This document shows positions 9,124 through 17,998 of a stretch of 63,231 bases of DNA, in pieces. How positions within the stretch are numbered: position 1 is the first letter of the stretch; each line of letters begins with the position of its first letter. Source of the DNA: a virus. Its lineage: Duplodnaviria; Caudoviricetes. The notes beneath the pieces are model-generated. The model made no database searches. It worked only from the letters and a program-made list of their open reading frames with translations, and was not told where the DNA came from. The stretch spans positions 1 through 63,231 of IMG/VR virus record IMGVR_UViG_3300047388_000410. One strand, written 5' to 3'. Made by a program: the position numbers and the translations under genes.

Positions 9124-9984
9124 TTATACCTCCGCGCAGTCCCAAGCTGCTTCTAATACTTTCGCTTTCGTCGGCACGCGCTTAAATTCGTACCTAGCTT
9201 TCCAAGTTTCGCCAAGCGAATATGTCACTGGTACGCGCAATGCTCCTGCGGCATACTGTCGCACCGTGCTTCCTAACGTTTGCTCTAGGAAATCCATAAC
9301 AACCCAAGCATCATCAGGATGAACACTTACCGTCAGGGAATCGTGACCGTGTATATGAATCCTCGGTGTTGGTCGCTCAGGATGCGGATTCAGCTTTCGC
9401 AAATTGATCGCATTCCTAAGCGGAAGATACCCACATTGGTTAATCAAGTCAACGGTTTCGCGCACGGGTTGATACGAATAGCCCGTACCATACAAATGCT
9501 CATCAAGCCGTTGCCAATCGCAGCGCCATATACCGCCGAAAGTTGAGCCCAGCGCCCTATACCGCATGATCTGCCGTCGCGTATCGGGAAAGTAACCATC
9601 GGGGATGGCTGGTAGCTTGGCAGCGAGTCGGGCTAAGCGTCTGCCGCATTCCTCAGGCGTCACCACATATCCTTGCTTTAACAACGAATCGGCCATGGTT
9701 TGCGGTCCCATCCCACGCATGTAGCCATGCATAGTGGTTTTACCCATAAACCGTTCTGGTTCATCATCAGTATCTTTTACATCTGCTTCTGATTTAGCAA
9801 ATGCGATACTAGCTGAATATCTATGAATATCAAATTCTGACGGATGCGCTGTAGCAATTCTAACACATTCTTTTGCAACGTCCGTACCTACAAATTCAGG
9901 AGTAGCGGCAGCTAACATAAGCTCTACTCGTGCTTCCACCTGCGATAAATCTGCTGATAACAGCAGCATTTTACGCAGCGGCAT
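9124..9984 (-). CDS. Family A DNA polymerase, C-terminal palm/fingers half of a split gene
   Basis: Motif [14 protein letters not shown], motif [18 protein letters not shown], motif C IHGHDSL, C-terminal GETW. Confidence 0.85.
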   Translation of the reverse strand: MPLRKMLLLSADLSQVEARVELMLAAATPEFVGTDVAKECVRIATAHPSEFDIHRYSASIAFAKSEADVKDTDDEPERFMGKTTMHGYMRGMGPQTMADSLLKQGYVVTPEECGRRLARLAAKLPAIPDGYFPDTRRQIMRYRALGSTFGGIWRCDWQRLDEHLYGTGYSYQPVRETVDLINQCGYLPLRNAINLRKLNPHPERPTPRIHIHGHDSLTVSVHPDDAWVVMDFLEQTLGSTVRQYAAGALRVPVTYSLGETWKARYEFKRVPTKAKVLEAAWDCAEV

Positions 9985-10393
9985 TTTTTTCTTTCCGTTT
10001 GCGCCATCGAATATGCGCACATTCTCGACAACGCCTTGCTAAATAACCACGTGGAGAATGCCATTGAGTGTTTTCAAGTGTATATTCGTGTCCATGCCGA
10101 CAATGCGTTATACGCGCTCTAATAAATCGGCCTTTCTGCCAAGCGTCTTTCAAATTTTCACCAGGCGTACCAGCAAATAAATGATATGGATTGATACACG
10201 GCGGATTATCGCAAGTATGACAAACAAATAAATCTGTTTTACCGTTTACAGTTTCAAAAACTAAACGATGCATTAAAACGATACTACGGCCTTTTTCGTG
10301 TATATAGCCGTATCCAAACGGTGTTCGCGGCCCAGGCCATTCCCAGCATTCATTTTGCCGTTTACGTTTTAATGCATTCGGATTAATAGACAC
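9971..10393 (-). CDS. HNH homing endonuclease
   Basis: [34 protein letters not shown]; [11 protein letters not shown]. Confidence 0.9.
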   Translation of the reverse strand: MSINPNALKRKRQNECWEWPGPRTPFGYGYIHEKGRSIVLMHRLVFETVNGKTDLFVCHTCDNPPCINPYHLFAGTPGENLKDAWQKGRFIRARITHCRHGHEYTLENTQWHSPRGYLARRCRECAHIRWRKRKEKNAAA

Positions 10394-10988
10394 AAGGCAC
10401 CAATCTCCACTTCGCCCTCTCCATATACCTTCGATACGGTATACTATTCCTCAACCACTTCTCTTCGGCGTCCATACGGCACACAATAGCCCAATACGTG
10501 ACGACAATGGCTGCAGTGTTATACGCCGTCGTGTACGATATAAAGTACCCAGCAAGACAAATTATATGCCCCAAATACATCGGATGCCGCACGAAGCGAT
10601 ACACGCCGCCAGTTACTACGCCTCGATTCGCCGCGACTATACCCATACTGCGCCGTAGACTCAATAGCGCCGCAAGCGCAATCGTGAGCCCAACCATCTG
10701 CAATATCGTACCTATTACATTCCCGTCATTCGTCGGCCTCACCAGCAACGGCGCAAACGACCCCGCAATCCCCACAACCCAATCCACGACACGCGGCGAG
10801 GTAGCCTGAGACGGACGGCGGCATACGAACATTGCGGCTAATATCGTCTCCTGCACCACCATCGGCGCCACGATGTACCATTGCGGCGAGCCGCCGCGAA
10901 TGATGGCGAAATGGGCGTCAGCGAAATAGAGATATGCTATTGCGATAATGAGGTTTTCGGTGAGTTGGCGGGCGCGGGAAGCGGTCAT
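10383..10988 (-). CDS. ICMT/PEMT-family membrane methyltransferase
   Basis: Several TM helices; [18 protein letters not shown]; R..AEE..L...Y..Y.....WRLVP. Confidence 0.85.
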   Translation of the reverse strand: MTASRARQLTENLIIAIAYLYFADAHFAIIRGGSPQWYIVAPMVVQETILAAMFVCRRPSQATSPRVVDWVVGIAGSFAPLLVRPTNDGNVIGTILQMVGLTIALAALLSLRRSMGIVAANRGVVTGGVYRFVRHPMYLGHIICLAGYFISYTTAYNTAAIVVTYWAIVCRMDAEEKWLRNSIPYRRYMERAKWRLVPCVY

Positions 10989-11446
10989 GCTGCTTGTTCT
11001 TTTACCGTTTGTGCTGCCCTTAAATAAGTAGTAGCGCGTTCCACTCTATCGACATCATCACCAAGTTGCCCTATGCCAGCATTGCATTTACGGCATAACA
11101 CACCACGAACAACTCCTGTTTCATGACAATGATCTACACTAAGAAGATGCGTACTACCACAAATAGCGCAACCTCCGTTTTGTGCAATAAGTATCTTCCA
11201 TAACATTTTCTCGTTTAATCCGTACTTACGGCGTAAAACAGCATCACGCGCAGACTCGTGATAACGGAGTTTTTCGCGTGCATTTAATTTTACACGATGT
11301 TTAATACCATATTGGTCGTTATAAATTTTAACTTGTTCAGGATGCGCCAATCGCCATAGTCTAGATCGTTCTTTAATTCGTTCACGATATAGTGCATAAT
11401 ATCGTCGGCGTCTAGCTTTAGCGTCTTCAGAACGCTTATACGGCAT
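10985..11446 (-). CDS. Endonuclease VII-domain homing endonuclease
   Basis: KYGL..Q.GGCAIC..LSVDHCHETGVVRGVLCRKCNAGIG..D. Confidence 0.9.
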   Translation of the reverse strand: MPYKRSEDAKARRRRYYALYRERIKERSRLWRLAHPEQVKIYNDQYGIKHRVKLNAREKLRYHESARDAVLRRKYGLNEKMLWKILIAQNGGCAICGSTHLLSVDHCHETGVVRGVLCRKCNAGIGQLGDDVDRVERATTYLRAAQTVKEQAA

Positions 11447-13421
11447 CTTCATCTCCAGTATCCGGCAAATAATATTTACGTAATTTTCTGTCAACCTGCT
11501 GGAGATTTGCACCTTCGCCTTTCGGCGTCTTAAACGCTTTCAATCTACCAAGTGCAGTTTCTTGTTTGAACATGCAGACTTGGCGACCGTTAGTCAGCCG
11601 TTCAGCTTTAACAAATTGCGCCTCAGTATTCAATCTTCGATGACGAAGCACGAGTTTGCCAACTGTTTGTAGTAGCTCATTACCAGGGAAATTCTCCATC
11701 AGTCTCTTGACTGTGACTACATCCGTACTCACAACTTTCTGCTTCTTCTGATTCTTCCTATACTGCAACGGCAAGCGTAGCTTCTCGTATAAAAACGTCT
11801 TGAGTTTCGCCGGGCTTGGCACTTTGCCGATAATCTCGCCCTTTTTGCTGACGCCCACGATAGCCATTTCCGCCGCGCTGTTTAACGCCGCACTAATCTC
11901 TTTCGCTTCGGCTGTGACTTTTTCGTAATGGGCAGCCCGTCCTTGTTCATCACCACGAATTCCAACGCGGGACAATTCGACCAAACCCGTGTCAATAGGG
12001 GCTTCCATTTCAAGATAATATTCGTAGCGTCCTGCGCTTCTGAGCGCGGATACTCGCACATCCAACAATTCTCTTTGCACACAGTTATCGACACAGTTAT
12101 ATGCCCACAACGACTCTTTATTATGGCTCCATCTGCTAATTTCTTCTGGCGATTTCGCTTCGTGCTTCCAAAAGGGTTGACGGGTATCGAGCGATGCTTG
12201 AAACGCCAAGTCATTCCACTCTGACCATGGCCGCTGTTCGCGGTGCATTTTCATCAGGTCCCATGCGAGATGATCCAATGGCATCTGCTCAGTCGCGCAC
12301 CACCAGGCGTCGAAGGTGAAGTTTTGGCCGCCAAAATCGACGTTTGGATCAGCGTGAAACGCGGCTATCTCATTCTTGACTCTACGCCATGCGATTTCGT
12401 CTTGCCAGTATTCAATTGCCGTCGGGATACAGAGCGCGAGTTTCGCGTCCCATGAGTAGCCGATGCAGCCGAGATAGGCTTCTTCGGAGACTTTGACGCG
12501 GCGGGGTTTTGACAACTGCGGAAGGTATCCAGTGCAAGCACATCTAGCTTTACCGCGTAAGCCTTTGCACGACGACGGCATAATTTCATTATCTTTTCGT
12601 AAGACTTCCAAGTCATGCCATCGGATATTGTGATTGCACGTCCTACATTTTCCATTTGCGGCTGTGCTTTCTTTTTGCCTCGTCTCATATTCCACCTTAT
12701 ACGGCGTCTCAACATCCAAGCTGCACGCTAGCCGTTCAGTAAATATTTCGCCGTCTTTCCGCTTCTCGGCTTCGGCTCTTGCCCATCGCATCCATTCGAT
12801 TGCTTCAGCCGCGCTTGGCGCGATGATCTTTGTGCGCTCGGGCAAGCGCAACTCTCGAAACTGTCCATCCGCCGCTATGCGCTGCCAATCCATCTGCAAC
12901 GCCCATTCGAGGCTTATGTCGCCATAAAATGTTGAATTAGGGTGAACGCTCGATATCACCTTGATTTGCCGCCCGCGCCGATCCTGATAGCTGAGAATGC
13001 TGCCTCGCCATTCCTTCGTACCAGGGCGATCATACTTGCCATCCTTATTATGAAAACTGACGCGACCATTACCCGTAAGCGCATAAAGCGCATACGAGTA
13101 GTTGGTCATTCCGTTTCCAAGCGGGACTATGACATATGGGTCTTCAAGCTGCGCTAGCCGCTCATGCAACCGATCCATCGCAGCGCGCATTTCGGCTTCA
13201 GGAATTGAATTGATATTCTGCGGCTGACCCAAATCCCAACACGAAGTTATGTAGAAGTCGCTGCGGTTTAGTCCCGCCGCTTTCCACCACGGTTGCAACT
13301 TATCGCTGTACGCTGGCCCGACCATTGGGCGCCCGTAGGTTTGCTCCCAATGTCCCCAAGCGTCGATAACCAGCACGAAGCGTGCTGATCTTGAGCCTTC
13401 GTCTTTATTTAACGACAACAT
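11436..13421 (-). CDS. Family A DNA polymerase, N-terminal half: UDG-like domain, 3'-5' exonuclease and thumb
   Basis: UDG-like: G..E..GRPMVG, VIVPLGN, WRGSIL, VHP. Exonuclease: ExoI DVET, ExoII QNFTFD, ExoIII YNCVD. Thumb: SPAKLKTFLYEKL. Ends with GRL..ANLQQ..LRKYYLPD. Confidence 0.85.
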   Translation of the reverse strand: MLSLNKDEGSRSARFVLVIDAWGHWEQTYGRPMVGPAYSDKLQPWWKAAGLNRSDFYITSCWDLGQPQNINSIPEAEMRAAMDRLHERLAQLEDPYVIVPLGNGMTNYSYALYALTGNGRVSFHNKDGKYDRPGTKEWRGSILSYQDRRGRQIKVISSVHPNSTFYGDISLEWALQMDWQRIAADGQFRELRLPERTKIIAPSAAEAIEWMRWARAEAEKRKDGEIFTERLACSLDVETPYKVEYETRQKESTAANGKCRTCNHNIRWHDLEVLRKDNEIMPSSCKGLRGKARCACTGYLPQLSKPRRVKVSEEAYLGCIGYSWDAKLALCIPTAIEYWQDEIAWRRVKNEIAAFHADPNVDFGGQNFTFDAWWCATEQMPLDHLAWDLMKMHREQRPWSEWNDLAFQASLDTRQPFWKHEAKSPEEISRWSHNKESLWAYNCVDNCVQRELLDVRVSALRSAGRYEYYLEMEAPIDTGLVELSRVGIRGDEQGRAAHYEKVTAEAKEISAALNSAAEMAIVGVSKKGEIIGKVPSPAKLKTFLYEKLRLPLQYRKNQKKQKVVSTDVVTVKRLMENFPGNELLQTVGKLVLRHRRLNTEAQFVKAERLTNGRQVCMFKQETALGRLKAFKTPKGEGANLQQVDRKLRKYYLPDTGDEDAV

Positions 13422-13524
13422 GCGCGAAATAATGATGCAATAGTAATAATAAATGCAAATAAGCAAATTCCATCAAGTTCATCGCCAATACGATGAAGCT
13501 CTTTTACGACGTCACAAGGATTAA

Positions 13525-13989
13525 TCATTTTGAGCCAAGTAACTTTATCAGCCGCTCTACATGGCTGTCCTGTATGCCAAAATTCCAGTCTGTTCTTACG
13601 AAGCGAGGCGTAAGTAACGGATGATCGCCCGCGTCGGCATCATCATCCACAATCGCAAACGACTCAATATCGCACAACGTGCCGTCACCTAATCTATGTT
13701 TATTTAACCACGCCATAATCTCACTCGCCCGATGCCCATCATCTAACCTCGGCGTAAAATGATTTATAGTCAACCCGCCGACCGTGCGCAATAGCGTAAC
13801 GAAGTCAGGCACGAGGCGCCACGTAGACGAGAGCAGAATTTCACAACCAGTAACTTCAATTACACGATGCACACGCTTAACGGCTTCAGGGTCTAACTCG
13901 GCTAATCCTAACCAACCCTTCGCCTTTTGCGTTGTGAACCATTGCGCGCTATTAAGTACACCATCAATGTCCAACGCCAGAATTTTCAT
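13525..13989 (-). CDS. HAD-superfamily protein (HAD_SAK_2-like)
   Basis: LDIDGVLN, LSSTWR, R..EI..WL, AIVDDD. Confidence 0.85.
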   Translation of the reverse strand: MKILALDIDGVLNSAQWFTTQKAKGWLGLAELDPEAVKRVHRVIEVTGCEILLSSTWRLVPDFVTLLRTVGGLTINHFTPRLDDGHRASEIMAWLNKHRLGDGTLCDIESFAIVDDDADAGDHPLLTPRFVRTDWNFGIQDSHVERLIKLLGSK

Positions 13990-14059
13990 CGCAGTCCTTT
14001 AAGTAACCACCGTGTCACTCGCCACGCCAGCCGCCGCAACGAGCAGCGGCACAGCTTCG

Positions 14060-14248
14060 TCAGGTAGCTTGGGACCGGACACATGGACGATGTTCGTGGC
14101 AAAAGCGGCTTGTGCCGAAAGCGAGGCGGATACACTTATCGTCTACCGGGCCTTCGTAGCTGTTATATACGCCAACATGCACACACCGCCTCGGCTTCCG
14201 CATCTTCCGGGCGCTGGAACCGCGGCGACGATTATATACGGTTGACAA
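14060..14248 (-). CDS. Hypothetical small basic Cys/His protein
   Basis: Fills the gap; C..H..C..FC.EH. Confidence 0.35.
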   Translation of the reverse strand: MSTVYNRRRGSSARKMRKPRRCVHVGVYNSYEGPVDDKCIRLAFGTSRFCHEHRPCVRSQAT

Positions 14249-14249
14249 G

Positions 14250-14603
14250 TTATCGCCCTACGACTCTAGTTTCGACGCCCGCCCGAAACAGCCGACATAG
14301 CATATCTTCGGTTCCGCTGCCGCCAGGAAAAACGGCGCCCATATCAGGGTGCCATCTGTCAAGCATCGCGGCATTTCTCAACGGGCCAGCGGCTTTCCCA
14401 TATGCGTCCCAATCCGCCGGGCACTCAACGAATTCCTCGCCACGCTCTTTGGCCCATCGCGTCGATAGCTGATCCGCGCCTCTCGCCGCGCCGTTGATAA
14501 TCGTAACATGCCCATCCGGCGACGACGCGAGTACGTCATCTAGGACTTCGCAAACGCGGTCATAGTCGTTATAATTACGGCCGCCACATACGAGTACCCT
14601 CAT
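14250..14603 (-). CDS. SLOG superfamily protein (DUF2493/YspA-like)
   Basis: MRVLVCGGRNY, GAARGAD, PADW..YGKAAGPLRN..ML, FPGGSGT.DM. Confidence 0.9.
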   Translation of the reverse strand: MRVLVCGGRNYNDYDRVCEVLDDVLASSPDGHVTIINGAARGADQLSTRWAKERGEEFVECPADWDAYGKAAGPLRNAAMLDRWHPDMGAVFPGGSGTEDMLCRLFRAGVETRVVGR

Positions 14604-14815
14604 ATAATTCCCCTCCAAGTTACCGGCGGTATTGCAGGCACAAACGAACCGATTATCTTGCCTACCCATATCGTAGCATTTAACCCTGCTGCGCCGTTTT
14701 TTGCTTCGTCTTTTGCTTCTATTTCGCTACGAAAACTATTAACCACCTTACATAATCCATCGTCGTCCTTCACAAGAACAATCCACGGATACTCTTGTGA
14801 AGGCATGGGTATCAT
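14600..14815 (-). CDS. Hypothetical protein
   Basis: Coupled ORF with GAGG RBS. Confidence 0.5.
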   Translation of the reverse strand: MIPMPSQEYPWIVLVKDDDGLCKVVNSFRSEIEAKDEAKNGAAGLNATIWVGKIIGSFVPAIPPVTWRGII

Positions 14816-14934
14816 GATTTCCTCTCTTCCGCTTTCTTCGCCTGACATTCTTTGACGTGTTTATAATATACGGCATCAAGAATCGCCGTGCGACACGTCG
14901 GACACATTACGAGTCGAGGGGCGGCGTTATCCAT
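14812..14934 (-). CDS. Micro zinc-finger protein (UBZ-like CxxC..H...C)
   Basis: Hand-translated MDNAAPRLVMCPTCRTAILDAVYYKHVKEC. Confidence 0.5.
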   Translation of the reverse strand: MDNAAPRLVMCPTCRTAILDAVYYKHVKECQAKKAEERKS

Positions 14935-15058
14935 CACTCTTAGCCTCGTGCATTAATTTTTCGATTACTTCTCCACACGGCCGACAAAACAACCACACTT
15001 TGCCATCCGCCGTAGTTTCCACCGGCTGCTCGCCGCATTTGGCGCAGGTAGGTGGCAT
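14927..15058 (-). CDS. Micro zinc-ribbon protein
   Basis: Hand-translated MPPTCAKCGEQ...FCRPC; TGATG coupling. Confidence 0.55.
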   Translation of the reverse strand: MPPTCAKCGEQPVETTADGKVWLFCRPCGEVIEKLMHEAKSDG

Positions 15059-15420
15059 CAGCTATGTACCCTGTATTTACGGCCAACCTTAGCCGGTTTT
15101 GAACGCCAAGCAGCAACAGCAACCCGTATCTGTTCTTTTCTATGCTGTGACATAAGACTATAAAGTGTTAACATCCAACCAATCGCACGTCTACCGCCTA
15201 CCCAGCAACGCCATTGTGCTCGATAATGCGAATGCCATTCTTTACTAAAATGTCGTCTCGGCATTATGGACGAAGCGCCCATAAGCTGAGCAACCGCTGT
15301 TACTGTATCTAAATCGCTCATAGATAATTCAATACGCGGTTGTCCTGTACTTTTTGCGTGAAAATGCGCTTCTCCATCAAGTAAACCGGCTAACCAATAT
15401 ATGTGCCGAGTTTCTACCAT
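15058..15420 (-). CDS. LAGLIDADG homing endonuclease (single motif)
   Basis: WLAGLLDGEA..F; IELSMSD; W..GRRA...L..LM..RK.QI. Confidence 0.85.
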   Translation of the reverse strand: MVETRHIYWLAGLLDGEAHFHAKSTGQPRIELSMSDLDTVTAVAQLMGASSIMPRRHFSKEWHSHYRAQWRCWVGGRRAIGWMLTLYSLMSQHRKEQIRVAVAAWRSKPAKVGRKYRVHS

Positions 15421-15603
15421 TTAGCTATGTACGCGGCCCCCTTTTGTCGGTCGCCTCTCACTATCCGGCTTATCACACTTCGACCCGAAATACACGCCCC
15501 GCGCCATCTGCGTCTTATCTGGCCCCGCAGCCGCGGCATTTGACTTTAGCGTGCTGCGGTAACGGGCGAGTTTACGCGCGGTTTTGCCTGCGCGGCCGTT
15601 CAT
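15421..15603 (-). CDS. Hypothetical basic protein
   Basis: ATGA coupling with the upstream gene; ends RVHS like the downstream endonuclease. Confidence 0.5.
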   Translation of the reverse strand: MNGRAGKTARKLARYRSTLKSNAAAAGPDKTQMARGVYFGSKCDKPDSERRPTKGGRVHS

Positions 15604-16010
15604 GAAATAAACCCCTTGTCTTTTGCGGCCCATCGTGGAATTTTTAATACGCCGTAATCACCGGGCAAATTAACTTCGCTGCCTGGCTGTATCCACGAAC
15701 GAGGAACGCTAGTTTCGCCGCCTCGATCAAGTCTAATAAATAGCGCCTTACCTGACGGCGTAAACGTAAGCGCACGCACGCCTTCAATGTCGCTTACGTC
15801 GTTACCGTCAAGCCAAGCCCAATTTTGCTTACGACGGCGTTCGCGTTGAGCTATATCGCCAACGTCTTGATAGCCTGAAATTGCAGCACGAAGTGCAATT
15901 TCCGCTTGCTGTAAATCTAAAGCATCAACCGTACCTTTAAGCGCATCACAACCAGCGGCAATTATTCTAGTTGTTAATTCCTGCTGCACTTCGGTCATTA
16001 CGCCAAACAT
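15600..16010 (-). CDS. Hypothetical protein
   Basis: AAGGA RBS; C-terminal KA......VPRSWI...G.L.IP.W.A..KG, a motif seen in phage proteins. Confidence 0.65.
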   Translation of the reverse strand: MFGVMTEVQQELTTRIIAAGCDALKGTVDALDLQQAEIALRAAISGYQDVGDIAQRERRRKQNWAWLDGNDVSDIEGVRALTFTPSGKALFIRLDRGGETSVPRSWIQPGSEVNLPGDYGVLKIPRWAAKDKGFIS

Positions 16011-16028
16011 AAATTATCCTTATGGCTG

Positions 16029-16199
16029 TTTTCTCTCTTCCTTCATCCGCTCAACCCCGAGACACTTCCTGTGTCGCCGGACGTGGGAGGCACACGCCGT
16101 GGGGAGCGGATGAAGCAAGGGAGAAAAAGAACCGAGTCGCAGGGGCCGTGGCAGCCAGCCAATAGACACCCTACCGTTACCGCTGGCATAGACTCGGTT
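16029..16199. ncRNA. Two adjacent multi-stem intergenic RNA structures (candidate ncRNA or processing sites)
   Basis: Stem CTTCATCCGCTC (16041-52) / GAGCGGATGAAG (16104-15) encloses two hairpins. Stem AACCGAGTC (16130-38) / GACTCGGTT (16191-99) has an inner GCCAGC/GCTGGC stem. Confidence 0.55.
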
Positions 16200-16209
16200 T
16201 ATTAATTAC

Positions 16210-16797
16210 TTACTCGCTCGCAAACGCCCCAGCCGGCACCGTGTTCGCCGTAACGACCGGCCCAGCCTGACCATTCGCTGCCTTGGGAGTCGCTGATACG
16301 CGATCCAGCTTCGCCGGAATCTGACCCTTCGCGGTCACATTCCGCCCAAACTCGCTGCCCTTCTTCTGCTGACCATCGCGCCCGGTGTACTCTGTCGCCT
16401 CGATCCGGCATCCGAAAAACTTGCCGGTAATCGCCTTGCACAGCGCCGCGTCGCTCTGGTCGTTCGTCGCGACCTTATTCACCTGCGCGATCTTCTTGAA
16501 AAATCGCAGCGCCGGGCTATTCAGCCGCGTCTCAGGTAGCGCCGCCATCGGGTCTTTCTTGGTCCCGACGTACAACGTGCGGGTATACTTCAGCGGGGCG
16601 CCAAGCCCCTCAGTGCTACCCTCGTACTCGCCCGTGATGGCATACAGCCCATTCGGCGCTGTCTCGGGCTTAAGCTCTACGACCTTCAGGTCATACTGCC
16701 CCGGCTCGGGTACGAAGCTATCCGTGTTGATCTGGCTATACGGCGTGACAGTATTCCACGCCTGCGCCAGTGCTGCCGCGTTAGGATCGGTACTCAT
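16210..16797 (-). CDS. Probable single-stranded DNA-binding protein (DUF669-like)
   Basis: P.PG.Y.L.V OB-fold start; low-complexity tail; follows the nuclease and AAA_24 genes; strong GGAG RBS. Confidence 0.65.
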   Translation of the reverse strand: MSTDPNAAALAQAWNTVTPYSQINTDSFVPEPGQYDLKVVELKPETAPNGLYAITGEYEGSTEGLGAPLKYTRTLYVGTKKDPMAALPETRLNSPALRFFKKIAQVNKVATNDQSDAALCKAITGKFFGCRIEATEYTGRDGQQKKGSEFGRNVTAKGQIPAKLDRVSATPKAANGQAGPVVTANTVPAGAFASE

Positions 16798-16827
16798 ACT
16801 TATTATCTCCCCTTTTTGCCGCAGCCT

Positions 16828-16983
16828 TTATGCTGCGGGTTTGGCTGCGTCTTGTGCAGCGAGTTTAGCAGACTCTCGACACCGTGTCAATTCGGCGTCA
16901 TCACACGTTTGGCTGCAAAACCATCCCACCGCGCCATACGGAATCGGCTGATCGCATACGGCACAATTAACTTGCTTGTCCAT
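16828..16983 (-). CDS. Micro zinc-finger protein
   Basis: Hand-translated MDKQVNCAVCDQPIP....FCSQTC; AGGAG RBS. Confidence 0.6.
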   Translation of the reverse strand: MDKQVNCAVCDQPIPYGAVGWFCSQTCDDAELTRCRESAKLAAQDAAKPAA

Positions 16984-17851
16984 TATCGCTCTCCTGCTTA
17001 ACGGTACTCGTTGCGTTTAACTTCTCCGCCTGCGCCGCAATCCACGGTCCAAACAACTCCCTAAAATTATTCGTACACGGATTCGGCACGCGCTTTCGAC
17101 TACACAGCGTCGTAAAATCTTCCTCTTGCCTCGTCACCAGACGGTAATTATCGCTCCCATCAGTCGGTGCCACCGCCAAGTACATTTCGCCAAGAATATT
17201 GGCGATGTTCTTTAGCTTACCGATTGCCTGAACGGAGTATGACATAACTCCGCCGCCCGTGTCAATGCGCGAATCCTTAATCACCTTTCCCTGGCGATCT
17301 TTGACCACCTTCGTCTCGATATGAAAAATCACAATCAAGTTACACGGCAAATGCACCAGCCTCGCCGTCATGATACTCTGCATATCATCCATCGCGCCGA
17401 GATAGCTGCTGTCGCTCTTGAACGGCCCATAACTCCTGCGCATACGGGCGATCCATTCTAACTGCGACCAGCTATCGACTACGACCGTACGCCACATCCC
17501 CGCTTTGACTTCGCCCGTTAGCTGCTCAACGCGGTTTTCAAACGCGGTATATGCCTGCGGATTCTTAATATCTTCGTCGTAGTAACTCTCAATCTGAATA
17601 ATCGGCTTCCCCGTCTTCATACTATTAATCAACCTCACCGGCTGACCAAACTGCCCCGTATACTCTTTCGGGTCCACCACGCCCCGCTCGTGATACGCCT
17701 CCATCTTATCAAACGGGTCCATCGCCAGCACAATCATCGGCGTTTCGGCCGATGCGGCGAAATGGGTTTTGCCGCTGTTCGGTGGCCCTGCTAGGCCAAT
17801 ATGCAAGTCGGGTAGAGTAAGTTCAATACCGTTTTCAAGAGTATATTTCAT
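16967..17851 (-). CDS. AAA_24/Sak4-like ATPase (recombinase-associated)
   Basis: Walker A GPPNSGKT, Walker B TVVVDS, NLIVIFH. Confidence 0.8.
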   Translation of the reverse strand: MKYTLENGIELTLPDLHIGLAGPPNSGKTHFAASAETPMIVLAMDPFDKMEAYHERGVVDPKEYTGQFGQPVRLINSMKTGKPIIQIESYYDEDIKNPQAYTAFENRVEQLTGEVKAGMWRTVVVDSWSQLEWIARMRRSYGPFKSDSSYLGAMDDMQSIMTARLVHLPCNLIVIFHIETKVVKDRQGKVIKDSRIDTGGGVMSYSVQAIGKLKNIANILGEMYLAVAPTDGSDNYRLVTRQEEDFTTLCSRKRVPNPCTNNFRELFGPWIAAQAEKLNATSTVKQESDNGQAS

Positions 17852-17991
17852 CGGCTATACTTCCCTGTTGTTACGCCAATCATCAAGAACGTCATAACCG
17901 CTCCCTTCCAGCCAAAAGCGTAACCGGCGAAAATAATGCTTGCAATGCTGAACACAAATACTGTTGGATTTGTTACTTCATATTTTATCAT
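17848..17991 (-). CDS. Small membrane protein
   Basis: Hand-translated hydrophobic 47-aa ORF; AAGGA RBS; ATGA coupling. Confidence 0.45.
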   Translation of the reverse strand: MIKYEVTNPTVFVFSIASIIFAGYAFGWKGAVMTFLMIGVTTGKYSR

Positions 17992-17998
17992 GCGTCCT

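Noticed and set aside
9985-11435. Group I intron or split intein interrupting the polymerase
   Set aside because: The interval is fully occupied by overlapping ORFs, with no space for a ribozyme core, and neither half has intein terminal motifs.
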